64,000 nucleotides of DNA, from positions 4,127,741 through 4,191,740 of the forward strand of contig MU058636.1 in assembly GCA_013265495.1 (NCBI GenBank). The letters are read 5' to 3'. The translations under genes were made by a program, and so were the position numbers. Source of the stretch: Vicugna vicugna (taxonomy: Eukaryota). Under the pieces are notes generated by a model, which worked only from the letters and a program-made list of their open reading frames with translations, made no database searches and was not told the DNA's origin. This document shows, piece after piece, positions 38,520 through 50,704 of this stretch (position 1 is its first letter; every line of letters starts with the position of its first letter).

Positions 38520-41175
38520 ATATCCAGAAGTGGGGTGGCTGGATCAGATGGTAGTCCTATTTTTTTGAGGAACCTCCATACTGTTTCCCACGGTGGCTGC
38601 ACCAATTTATATTCCCACCAACAGTGTACAAGGGTTCCCTTTTCTCCACATCATCACCAATACTTGTTAGCTCTTATCTTTTTGATAATAGTCATTATAA
38701 CAGGTATAAGGTGATATTTCTTTTTGGTTTTGATTGGCATTTCTCTAATGATTAATGATGTTGAGCACCTTTTTATGTACCTGTTGGCCATGTGTATGTC
38801 TCCTTTGGAAAAATTTTCAGTTCCTCTGCCTATATTATAATAGGATTGTTTGGTTTCTTGCTGCTGAGCTGTATGAGATCCTTACATATTTTGGATATTA
38901 ACCCCCTTATCAGATACACGGTTTATGAATATTTTTTCCCATTCCATAGGTTACCTTTTCATTTTGTTGATGGTCTTTGCTACGCAGAAGCTTTTTAGCT
39001 TGAGGTAGTTCCACTTGCTGATTTCTGCTTTTGTTGCCTATCAAATCCAAAATATTATCAAGACCAAGGTCAAGGAACTGCTTATTTGTGTTTTGTTCTA
39101 GAAGTTTTACAGTTTCAGGTATTACATTCAAGCCTTTAAACTATGTTGAGATTGAGAGGGTGGTGCTGCTGGATATGCTCTGAGGCTGGGCTGGGCTGCT
39201 AGCCTGCATTCAAGTGGGCCACTAACTGGGCTCTGTACTCATTTCTGGTTAGGCAGGGTCATAGGCTGCATCCCCTGGTAGGCTGGTGCCACTAGTTGGA
39301 TTCTAAGATTAGACAGGGCTGTGGGCTCTGTTCCATAAGTGCTCTTGATTGGTTGGGACTTCAGGGTTTTATGTTATACAATCAGGTAGGACTCCAAGCT
39401 GTCCCCAAAGTGGTGGGGCCACAGGCTGGGCCAGGCCATCTTGTAAGCCATTGACTGTGCTCTACTGTTGGGCAGCTTCCTTTCAGCCTTTTTGGTCAGA
39501 CTGGCCCACAGGTTATGCTCTGTGATTGAGTAGGGTCACTGGCTGGGCTCCCTACAGGCTATGTTCAGCTATCTAGCAAGGTCCTATGCTTGGCTTCACT
39601 GCTGAGTAGGATTGTTGGCCGGGTTCCACAGCTGGGTGATATCACTGGCTGGGCTCTGAGGCTGCTCAGGGCCACTGTTCAGGTTGCCTGGGTAGGCAGA
39701 GCCAGAGGCTGTGTTCAGCAACTGGGCAGGGCTGCTGGCTTGGCAGCCTGCCTAGGCAGTATAGGCCATAGGATGTACTCCATGGTTGCTGAGTGTGAAT
39801 AATACTTCAATAAACATGCATGTGTAGGTATTTCTTCAAGATACAGATTTCAAGTGCTCAAAATATATATCCAGGAGTAGAACTGCTGGATCACTCCAGC
39901 AATTTAATTTTTTCAGGAACTACCAGACTATTTTCCATGACTGTACATTCCTACTAACAGTATGTAAGGGTTCTCTTTTCTCTACAGCTTTGCCAACATT
40001 TTGATAATAGTCATCCTAACAGGTGTGAGGTGACCTCTCTACCTTGTTGTGATTTTGTTTTGCATTTCCCAGATGATTAGTGATGTTGAGCATCTTTACC
40101 TGTACCTATTGGCCATTTATAAGTCTTTTTGGAAAAATGTCTATCTAGGTCCTTTGCTCATTTTTAAATTGGATTATTTGCTTTTCTGACATTGAATTGT
40201 GTGAGTTCTTTATATACTTGGGATATCAACCCCTTGTCATATATATAGTTTGTGAATATTTTCTCCCACTTGGCAAACTGCCTTTTCAGTTAACTGATTG
40301 TGTCCTTTACTGTGAAGAAGCTCTTCAGTTTGATAAAGTTCCATTTGTTTATTTTAGCTTTTTTTGATTGTGCTTTTGGTGTCTTATCCAAGAAATCATT
40401 GCCAAGACCAATGTCAAGTATCTTTTTCCCTATGTTTCATTCTTCAGTTTTATAGTTTCATGTCTTACATTTGAGTCTTTAATTCATTTTGAGTTAATTT
40501 TTGTGAGTGCTGTAAGATAGGGGTCCAGTTTCATTCTTTTGCATGTGGATATCCAGTTTGTCAGTATCATTTATTAAAGGGAGTATTGTTTACCCGCTGT
40601 GTGTTCTGGACACTTGCCAAAAATTAGTTGACTGCAATGTGTGGGTTTATGTTTGGACTCTTTATTCTGTTTCCACTGTTCTATGTGCCTGTTTTTATGC
40701 CAATACAATACTGTTTTACTACTGTGGCTTTGTAATATAGTTTGAAATCAGGACCATGATGCCTCCAGCTTTGTTCTTCTTTCTCTGGATTGCTTTGGCT
40801 ATTTGGTTTTTTCTTTCTTTCTTTTTTTTTTTTTTTACAGTTTCATATAAATTTTAGGACAGTTTGTCTATTTATGTGAAAAACGCCACTGGAATTTTGG
40901 AATGGATTGCACTGACTCTGCAAACTGCTTTGGGTTTTATGGGCATTTTCATAATATTGATTCTTCCAATCCAGGAACACAAGATATCTTTCCTTTTATT
41001 TGTGTCTTTTTCAGTCACTTTCATCAATATCTTACAGTTTCCAGCATACAGGTCTTTCACTACCTTAATTAAATTTATTACTAAATATTTTGTTGTTTTT
41101 AATGTTACTGTAAATGGGACTGCTTTCTTAATTTCTCTTTCAGACAGTTAGTTCATTGTTAGTGTACAGAAACAT
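38520..41175 (-). mobile_element. Older L1M fragments (ORF2 pieces plus a GC-richer 5'UTR-like piece ~39150-39800)
   Basis: Minus-strand ORF2 remnants, e.g. [16 protein letters not shown]. Confidence 0.85.
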
Positions 41176-41595
41176 ATTAGGATTGACTCAAATGATCATG
41201 AAGACTGAGAAGCCCCAATTCTGCAATTGGCAAGCTAGAGGAGACCCAGGAGAGTCTGGGTATAGCTCCAGTCTGAGTCTGAAGGCCTGAGAACCAGGAC
41301 CAATACGGTAAATTCCAGTCCGAGTCAAAAAGGAAAGAGATGATGAATGTCCCAGCACAAAGTCACTTGGGTAGAGAGAACAAATTCTCTCTTACTCAGC
41401 CTACTTGTTCTATCTAGGCCTTTAGTGAATTGGTTGAGACCCACCCACGTGGGGCAGGGCAATCTGCTTTATTCAGCCTGATTCAAATATTAATTTCACC
41501 CAGAAATACCCACAAAGACATATTCAGAATAACATTTGAGCAAATTCTGGGTACTTCATAACCCAGTCAAGATGACACATGAAATTAACCATCAT
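41176..41595 (-). mobile_element. MLT2 LTR
   Basis: gtctgaaggcctgagaaccagg..cccagtcaagatgacacatgaaattaaccatca. Confidence 0.8.
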
Positions 41596-41887
41596 AGTAC
41601 TTCTCTCTTCAATCTTGAAATCGAGTTCAACTTTAATGAAATTTATGCTTAATGATAAAAAACTTAAAAGCAAGATGCCCATATTCCAAATGTATGTCAA
41701 AAATAATGTTAAGCAAAACATTCTACGTGGCAAATCTGGAAATGAAATGCAATAGCAAATCAAGGAAAAAGTATTAGTATTATATCTAATAAGGGAATAG
41801 TATGTCTGCATACAAGACAGGTAATCGTAAATCAATAGCTTATCAATTAGCAACTAATTAGAAGCCACATTTAAAAAAAGGGTAATT

Positions 41888-41969
41888 GCAAGAGGTGGAT
41901 GTAGCTCAGTGGTAGAGCACATGAATAGCATGTGTGAGGTCCTGGGTTCAAGCCCCAGCACCTCCATGA
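41888..41969 (+). mobile_element. tRNA-Ala-derived SINE (camelid vic-1-like)
   Basis: ggatgtagctcagtggtagagcacatgaatagcatgtgtgaggtcctgggttcaagccccagcacctcca plus A tail; imperfect TSD aaaaaaagggtaatt / aaaaaaatgataatt. Confidence 0.8.
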
Positions 41970-44510
41970 AAAAAAATGATAATTTCCACAAAACAACCCC
42001 CAAACACTAAACTTATCAGACTAACTTAAGAGAAAATGCATGGACCTTAATGTTACTAAAAGATATTTAAGGAGATTATTTAATAAAGATATACCATATT
42101 CTTGAATGAGGAATTCTTACCACAAACCTAATAAAATCTGCTACCTAAAATCTGTTAGAAAAAATAAACAAAGAAAAGCTATGAAATTTTAAGAGTAAGG
42201 GAACAGTTTTCCTAAAAGATATCAAACATAGTATAAAGCTACATATGGCTCAATGTTGATTTCAATCCCTTTTGTGTTGTCTTCTAACCTACAGGGGCTA
42301 TAAAAACAAAACAAGCAAGCAAACAAAAACAAAACTCTTAAGACTGTCTTGTAATTTCTTAGACTTCTTGCACCTAAAAATGACCCTGCAGCATAAATAT
42401 TGCCTCTTCCTTTTTTCCTTTCTTCATGCAAATGAGTATGTAGTGGCTGGAGTTGCATAAGTTTGATGAAGCAAGAAAAAGGAAGATTTCTGAGTTCCTG
42501 ACAGTATCTTGAGCAGCTGAATCATCCCTGGGCTACCAACCCCTTGACTTTTTACTGAGTGAATAAAATAAATAATGTCTTCCTTGTAGTAGGGAGTTTT
42601 ATGACAGTTGAATACCATCCAAACTGACGTATTACAACATTAAAGTTGTCTACTACTGATACAAGGAAAGACATAGATCTATTGGGCAGAAACAAAATCC
42701 AGAAAATCCAAAAACATACCTTGCTATATATATTAGGTTATTTAACCTAATATAATAACAAGCAAAGCATCATCTATCACTCAAAGGGGGATGAATTGTA
42801 TACATGATTTCCTTTAAGTCATTAAAGGAATAATATAGAGCTTTATATAACATAGGTTAAAACAGAGCTTTATACAACGTACATTAAGTTTCAGCTGGAT
42901 CAAAGGGATACACATAAAATATAAAACTATAACAAAAATACATTTTTTAAACAAACACAATATACATTATTTTTTAAATCTGATCTCAAGCCAGAGAAAG
43001 AACTTCCCAAGTACGAATTATTGAAAACAATCCTAACAAAAAATGATTTATTTGACTTCTTGAACACATGGACATAAGTTTAAAAGTCAAATAGGAGAGT
43101 GGAAAAATATTTGCCTCAAATGTGATAAGCAAATGCTACCTTCCTTAATATATAAGGAAAAATGAATAGAGGACACTTCCAGGACAATTCACAGAAGGAG
43201 AAATGCAAATGACCAATAAGCAAAAAAGCATGTTCAATTTTACTAATAATCAAAGACATCAGAGATAAAACAAAATAATGAGGTGCTTTGGGTTTAGCTT
43301 ATCAAAAAAATGCCATAAAAATAATCAGAAATAGGAATCAAAATTTATGTACATCTGATTGCCACCTCAGTTGAGTTATTTTTATTGGAGTAGTACAGCA
43401 GTGTATTTTAACATAAATTTGAATTGCAAATTATTGCTTTTAATGCCTTAAAATTATTCTAGGTGCATACTTCAAACAAAAATTATTCTGTATGCAGAAG
43501 ACTGCCTGCCATGCACTTGGTTGGTCATGCAATAAGCAGTGGCATTAAAGTCTACAGAAAATGATACTGGTCTTAAAATTTTCAAAGCTAGAAGAGATGG
43601 CATGACCAATTCAAGCGCTGTGAAGTACTTTTACTCAGGCCTAAATATCTATGTGTCAAAAGCTCTGGCCAAGGACCAAGAGACATTATGTATTCTAGTT
43701 AAGGAAAAACCTGGACTAACTTTTACTGAATAGGAAATGCAGAAACTTTTTAAAAAAATACTTCTCAAAATTATATTTTCAGTTCTATAAGGGATGAAGA
43801 AGTAATGACCACAGGCACGGATTATGAAAAGCAGCTTGTCACTCTGTTGCCAGTGACAGCTGCTGATGGCTCAGAGTTAACTTAGAACAATATTTAGATT
43901 AAATAAAATAGAAGGCTTAGAAGAATGCATTATGAATTATATATATATTTTAATCTGTTTTTAACTAGTAAAAAAATGTGTACAGTTTTCTTTTCCCAGT
44001 AAAAATGTTATAATATTAATAATGTGTCTTAAAAGCAAAAGCTTCCAAATGAAGGAAATAAGATACACACCCAGAGATAGGTTCCTAGGAGGACATACAA
44101 TAGAATGTTAATTATAGTTATTTCTGGGCTACAGGATAATAACCACTTCATGTTTTCTTTTTCTACTTTCTTCTCTTTCTCTCTCAATTTTCCCTTTTAT
44201 AAAATTGGGGTAAAGAAAAACATTTTTTAAGTGATTGAAATCATCTACAAACCACTTAACTCAGTCTGAGTAGAGAAAAATTCCCAACTGACCTGTAATT
44301 TTTTTTTTTTACCATCTTTATACGTCAAGGCTGAGTCTTTATTTCTGATTTCTGTTTGTTGGTTTATAAATGGTAACTTTATAAATGGCAACTCAGATCA
44401 GTTGTTTTATGTAATTTCTATAAATACTCCTTTATTGTAATTTTCTTCTGTTGGCATTAATCTCCAATGTGCTCTAAAATATTATTTCTACTTTACCCAA
44501 ACTTCTTTTT

Positions 44511-44824
44511 TTTTAAATTTTTTATTGATTTACAATCAATTTACAATGTTGTGTCAAATTCCAGTGTAGAGCACAATTTTTCAGTTATACCTGAACATAT
44601 ATATATTCATTGTTACATTTTTTTTCCTCTGTGAGCTACCATAAGATATTGCGTATATTTCCCTGTGCTATACAGTATAATCTTGTTTATCTATTCTACA
44701 ATTTTGAAATCCCGTCTATGCCTTCCCACCCTCCGCCCTCTTGGCAACCACAAGTTAAGCCAGAAAGAGAAAGAAAAATACCACATGAGATCGCTCATAT
44801 GTGGAATCTAAAAAAAAAAAACCA
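44511..44824 (-). mobile_element. 5'-inverted (twin-primed) LINE-1 fragment
   Basis: Minus-strand 3'UTR 44511-44756 joined to a plus-strand ORF2 end 44757-44824; TSD ccaaacttcttttt at 44497-44510 and 44825-44838. Confidence 0.85.
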
Positions 44825-45014
44825 CCAAACTTCTTTTTATCTTCTTTATCACAGTTCCACTTGTCAGTTTCTCCAGGAGGATTTCCCTCATTAGTGCCAT
44901 CCCTTTTGGAATTTACTTCTCCCTTCTCCATTGATACCAGTGGAGATAAAGACACAGCTATAGACACAGAGGTATGGAGATAGAGCGTGTCACCTTGTAC
45001 CACTGGCGCAGAAT

Positions 45015-45395
45015 GGTGACCTGAAACAGACTGCCAGATATCTCTCTAGAAAAGATGGGTTTGTTCACGATCAGCAGAGAACTGCAATTTGGGGTCTACA
45101 ACCATGGTAAGCCACATGCAAGTCCCCACACAGCCAGGGAAGAAGAACGCTTTCACAGAGGGGAAAAGGCAGTTGGGTGGGCTAAAGTAGACATGAATCT
45201 ATGGCTTTTCATTGGCTGAGTCCATACCAGAGAAGAAGAGGCGTCTTTCTTCCTGTTGGGCACTGAGACTGCTGCAGGGTATGACAGCTCCCTCTTCTGG
45301 TCCCTCAAGCCTATCTAACTGAGGGTTCTGTTTATTAATTTTTCTGTGTGTATACATATATTTATTGAAGTATAGTCTGTTTACTAATTTTTTAA
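45015..45395. mobile_element. ERV solo LTR-like element
   Basis: LTR-like composition (tttattaa and cattggctgag CCAAT box on the opposite strand); family not determined. Confidence 0.55.
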
Positions 45396-46316
45396 AGGTA
45401 GTATAGTCCCCATAGAAATGTAGGTAATTCTCATTACCTACCTAAGTGGGTCTGAGTCTCATTTAACAGGTTTGGGGGAGGGGGTGGCTGGGCATCAGTA
45501 GTTTTTAAAGGACCACCTGTGATTCTACTGTATCCACAGCTGAGAACAACTGAACTGATTAACCTCTAACAAAGTAGCCTCCATAATCTACAGCAATCCT
45601 TTTCACATTTTAGTGTACACAGAAATCCCCAGAGATGTTGCTAAAATGCAGATTCTGATTCAGTCAGGCTGGGGCCAAGCCTCAGATTCTCCATCTCTAA
45701 CAATCTTCCAGGTGATGCTGATGATACTGCTGCACACATCACGCTTCAAAAGGATGCAGACCACACTACAGAAATGGAATTGTATGAGACAGGATGAAAT
45801 GGCCTTTAAAAGATCTTGGCAATGTGGAAATTATTCCAAAATGTGGACATTATTTATTCATGTCAAATACTACTGGACTATAGCTCATTTAGTCACTGGT
45901 TGGGTCATTCAAAAATACTGACTGAGAGCCTACCTTGTGCTAGATGCTGTGCCAACTCATGTCTAATATGATTATCTGGAAGATCTTCTAAGTGTTTACC
46001 ATTTAGAGCATACTGATAATGCGCTTTAAAAGTCAAATCATGAATGATGACAGGCATAGATTTGCCTCCTCTTACTTGTCTTAGACTTTTTTGGTTGGCA
46101 GGACCAAAGGCTCTTCACACGTTTTGTTTGTTTGTTTGTTTTATTTGTTTGGTTTTTGACATACTAGCTTCTAAGAGAGTTTAATGTAAGAATTGATAAG
46201 GGATGTTTCATGTTAATCCAATTACAGAATGATCTGTGTTGGTCTCAACCTATCAATAACCAAGGTTGTGTCTGGACCTGCCCTTGTGATTCTTATTATG
46301 ACTGCAAGATGCCCTC

Positions 46317-46760
46317 TGTAATAACCATGAAGAAACTCTGAGAAGCAACTAAAAAAGCTTATTACTTTCAAGTCCTGGAAATTACGAGACACACCTGGGG
46401 CCTCATAGCAAGGTTCTGGGTTGAGAAGGAGAAAGAAAGCGAGCGAGAGCTACAGCGCACGAGCAAGCACATGCCCAGGGTTCTGGTTTACTGGGGTGGA
46501 GGGCGGGGGCCTAGGATACTGTGGGCTCACTCTTTATTGGTGAATGTAAAACATAAGAGCAAAAAATTGACATATGGTCAGAGAAAAGAAGAGGCCCAAT
46601 GGTCAGTAACTGACCGAGATTGACAAAGGAGCCTCAGGGTCTCCAGCTCCCTGGGCAGCAGGGTGTCAGCCAGGGCAGCCATCTCTGAAGCGGGTGCCTC
46701 AGTAACCAAAGCCCAAGTCAGGCACCTGCATTACAGGAAAGGGAACGCTCAGCTGTCAGG
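46317..46760 (-). mobile_element. ERV solo LTR-like element
   Basis: tgtaa start; antisense polyA-signal-like cttatt, GC box ggggcggggg and attggtg CCAAT box. Confidence 0.55.
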
Positions 46761-47408
46761 ACTGAGCTCTACAAAGGACTTAGCAGGTCTACAGAGTCCA
46801 GCACTAACACTGATGTACTTCAGCTCCACCCTTCGGCTTTCCAATTACGGACTTCCCTCCTTGTATCTTAGTTCAGTTTTCTTAGAGAAGAACGTGGTTG
46901 ACCCCACTTTCTTTTTGAGCCAGGCTGCACATGTCCAAGGTGCTGGTCAGCCCGTGGACAGGCTCCCTTTAGGTCAGATGTCTACCTCTTCCAACAGTGA
47001 ATTGGTCATAATCCCAGACAGTAAAGCCAAGTTGCTCATTCAACGGGTCCATGAGTGGGAGCAGAGAAAGGTGGTGAGGTCACCAAAATATCCGTAAAAT
47101 TTAAAAATTGTGTATTTTCACAAAGATGAGTTGCTTCAACTTTTAGCTAGACATAATGAAAAAAGCAGAAATACTAAGGTTTTATTTATAATTATACTTA
47201 TACAAAAATGTGACACCTCAAAAGGATTTGATTTCTCAAAAGATTTTTTTCAAGAACTCTGGAACTAAGTGACTGCCCCAAAACTTTGGGAATTTCAAAG
47301 TTCCTATTATTTGTGGTAATTTTATCTAATTTATTCCAAAGCTTTGGGTGAAAACTAAATAATTTAATGAGACAAAATACCTAATCAGAAAGTCTTCAAC
47401 ACACAAAC

Positions 47409-47648
47409 CTGCTTAAATACAACAAATTCTGTAAGTCTTATTCTTAATTGAGAACTTCTTCTAGATTCAATTTTGACATATGATACAAGTGAGGAACAAC
47501 TTAAAGTCCTCTCATCAAGAGGAAGACATTTAGCAAGGACTCATACCAAAGCACTTTCAGAAGAAATCAATGAAAGTTTAAATTCAATTCAGAAGCCCTT
47601 CTAACTTGAGATGACTTACTTCTTAGCCAAAAGGACCATATAACAGAT
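47409..47648 (-). pseudogene. Pseudo-exon, tail
   Basis: Long polypyrimidine acceptor ..tctttacttcaag and donor CAG|gtttgt; HMSKLNLEEVLN*E*DLQNLL (cf. KQLEEDLDNNPKIQQAL). Confidence 0.35.
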
Positions 47649-48050
47649 CTTGAAGTAAAGAACTTGGAAAAAGTCAGGGACAAGGAAAACAAAGAGAGAC
47701 TTACATGGAAATGTGAAATGTGAAAAGATGTGTGGTTAGAACCACAGGATAGTAAAATCTCAGTTCGGAAGGGATCTATTTTCTGGATTTTCTCTATGAC
47801 ATCTTAGCCAAAAGTTCACATAGCTTTTTCTTAAGGACCTTGAGAGTAGAGGAAAGTCACTTTGGCAGAAGAGTACAGACTGCCTTAGAAAGTGGAAAGA
47901 CCAGAAGCCTGGAGGCAAGTTAAGAGCTGAAAGAGTTAAAGGTAGTGATCCAGGTATCTGGCAGGCCAGGAGCTGGACACTGAAAATGGAAAGGAAGGAG
48001 GAGGAGCAATGTAGATGTTAGAAAGTGAGAAACAACTGAGTCTGTCAACC

Positions 48051-48243
48051 GACTGCAGCTATAGGTCCCAGAGAACAGCTGATTCCGAATTTATAACGTG
48101 AATGCTTGAGAGGCAGACACAGCATTACTGTGGCTATTTCTAGAGGGAGAAGCAATGAGGTATTTTTGAACACTGAAACAAAAATTTTGACTGATTTATT
48201 CTTCCTCTGGTCAGTGAAATTTTTGGTGATTTTTCTGCCATTT
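48051..48243 (-). pseudogene. Pseudo-exon candidate, tail
   Basis: Acceptor gtatgttcag; open frame KIFVSVFKNTSLLLPLEI (cf. QLVFDD.G.L..VP..E). Confidence 0.3.
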
Positions 48244-48429
48244 CTGAACATACAATGTTATATCTTCCAACCCTGCAAGTAACTACTTTAATGTTCTCCA
48301 TTTCTAAAAATAAGGACTTTTGAGTCATACCTTTGTTTACAGAAGAAAACTTTATTTTGTGTAAGTGTAATAAATGGATTTTTCCCATTAAAATGTGGCT
48401 ACTTCTAGGGGAAAGATTAACATACAAGT

Positions 48430-48960
48430 CTCAGACTTACAGAAAAATTACTCTTGGAAGAAATCTTAGAGGACATCTAGTTAAATACTCCCCCAAGGCA
48501 CACATTACTTCTTTATCATCCCTGACTGATTAATTTACAGTCACCTCTATTTGAATGCTTCTGGTGAGGCATATCTAACTCCATTCCAACATTGCATAGA
48601 TGGGTAGCCGTAAACTCTTAAATGTTTTTCTTATTCTCAGTGGCTTTCTCTGAAACAACAGAGCATAAATCTCTTCTCACTTCTATGTAATTATCTATTA
48701 AACATGTAGGAGAATTATATTCCTTTTGAGGCTTTTCCAGGCTAAGTATTCCCAAATGTTTCAGAATCTAAGTATTCCCAAATGTTTCAGAATTCCTTGA
48801 TTGAAATGATTTCCTGTCCCCATTACTAACCTGATGACTTTCTTCTGGACATACTTCTGTTTTTTAATGTCCGTCAAAAAACCGCTACAAGAATGTTGTG
48901 ATCAGTCCAGAGAACAAAGTCCAGTAAACAACCTTTCATTAACTAATAGGCATTTGTTGA
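48430..48960. mobile_element. CR1/L3-type ancient LINE fragment
   Basis: ttggaagaaatcttagaggacatctagt and cttttccaggctaagtattcccaa, typical of L3. Confidence 0.55.
48742..48793. repeat. Perfect 26-bp tandem duplication
   Basis: ctaagtattcccaaatgtttcagaat x2. Confidence 0.95.
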
Positions 48961-49322
48961 TGAAAGGAACATGAAATTAACTTTTCATCACCTATATCAC
49001 ATTATATGGTTTAATTTGAACAGCATGAGAGGCTCCTCATCCCCTAACTTGGGCTTTCAGTGGATCTGTACTTTAATCACTAAAGATTTTTATTCCTTCA
49101 ATAAATAAAGATTTTTATTCACTCATGTTGAAGTTTTAAATTATTTTCGAGACGTTTCTAGAGCCCTACAGTAAAACATAAGTCACTTAGTGTAGGTAAT
49201 ACCTTAAACTTTTTTTCTACTGATGCTCTATTCAGAATGATTTTACAATCACTAAGAAAAAAGGAAAACTGGGTATAAAATAGTTAATGAAATGAGAGGT
49301 ATCAATAATATCATTCCCATGA

Positions 49323-49862
49323 TCTTTTGTTCTAGTTCTGTAAAACATGTCATAGGCATTTTGATAAGGACTGCATTATAACTGTAGATTGCTTTGGGTA
49401 GCATGGACATTTTAACAATATCCATTCTTCCAATCCAAGAACACGGGATATCTTTCAATTTCTTTGCATCATTTTCATATTCCGTCATCAATGTTTCATA
49501 GTTTTCAGAGTATAGGTCTTTTACCTCCTTGGTTAAGTTTATTCCTGGGTATTTTATTCTTTTTGATGTGATTGTAAGTGGGACCTTAAGTGTTCTTTCT
49601 GATAGTTATTAGTGTATAGAAAAACCAGTGGTTACCAGTGGGAAGAGGAAAGAGGGGAGGGGCGAGATAAGGGGTATGGGATTAAGAGACACAAACTATT
49701 ATGTATAAAATAAATAAGCAACAAGGATATATTGTACAGCACAGGGAAATATAGCCATTATTTTGGAATAACTTTTAATGGAGTATAATTTATAAAAACA
49801 TTGAATCATGTTGTGCACCTAAAACATATCATATGGTAAATTAATACACTTCAATTTAAGAA
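49323..49862 (+). mobile_element. 5'-inverted LINE-1 fragment
   Basis: Minus-strand ORF2 piece (49323-~49620) joined to a plus-strand 3'UTR; degenerate 19-bp TSD at 49304-49322 and 49863-49881. Confidence 0.75.
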
Positions 49863-50704
49863 AATAATGCAATTCCCATGAAGACACAAGTAGGGATTTG
49901 CGAAGATACCAAAGAACAAACTTTGCCTACTACAAAACTTTCCTGGCTCTCAATATGTTATATTTACTGACACTTAGTGTTTGCACTTGTAAGTTACTTT
50001 CTATCTCAAATACCTAAAACTACAAAGGGTCTAAAAATGGCTGGAAAGAGCAGAATATAGTGAAAACTATAATCTTTGGTTTCACATCTGGGATATAGAC
50101 CTATATCCACTACCATTCCCCTCCCCCCACCCCATTTATCCTCTCTTTACATTCAAGGTTGAGTTCTTGCATACAGCATGTAGTTGGATTTTGCTGCTAT
50201 CCCATCTGACAACTTTTGCCTTTTAAGAAAGCTTAGACTAAAGCTATCAGAAGGAAATACAATGTGAGCCACGTATGTACTTTGAAGTCGTTTAGGATTC
50301 ATGTTAAAAAAGTAAAAAGAAAGAGGAGAAATTAATTTTAAGTATATTTTATTTAATCCAATATATACAAAATATTGTTTCCATAATTAATCAGTATAAA
50401 ATCAATTAATTAGCTATTTAACATTCTCTTTTTGTACTAAGTCCTTGCAATCCAGTAATTCATACAACCCATATGTCAATGCCCAGTAACCACATGTTCG
50501 TAGTGGCTTCCATATTGGATAGCACAGGTTTAAACAATTTAATTTAATGATCATTTTGTTAGGCTTATCTATTATCTTGCTAGCTGGCTTTTCTAAATTT
50601 ATTTTTGTTCCTTTGTCCTTTTTTTGCTGACTTACATTTTATCGTTGAATGTTAGCTTTTATTAATGATTTCATTTTACCTCTACTATTGGCTTATTAGT
50701 AATA

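Noticed and set aside
41893..41966. Functional tRNA-Ala gene
   Set aside because: Mismatched acceptor/anticodon stems, an A tail and a TSD indicate a SINE
43350..43694. Candidate tail exon IHNVSWSLARAF..
   Set aside because: A block at ~47080-47258 fits the same protein region about equally well; by-eye matching cannot decide, so neither is listed as a feature
46663..47097. 144-aa plus-strand ORF
   Set aside because: It starts in LTR-derived sequence, has a non-ATG start and shows no recognisable domain
47464..47604. Plus-strand frame LKVLSSRGRHLARTHTKALSEEINESL, suggesting a local inversion of the fossil
   Set aside because: The minus strand gives an equal or better match with proper acceptor and donor, so no inversion is needed
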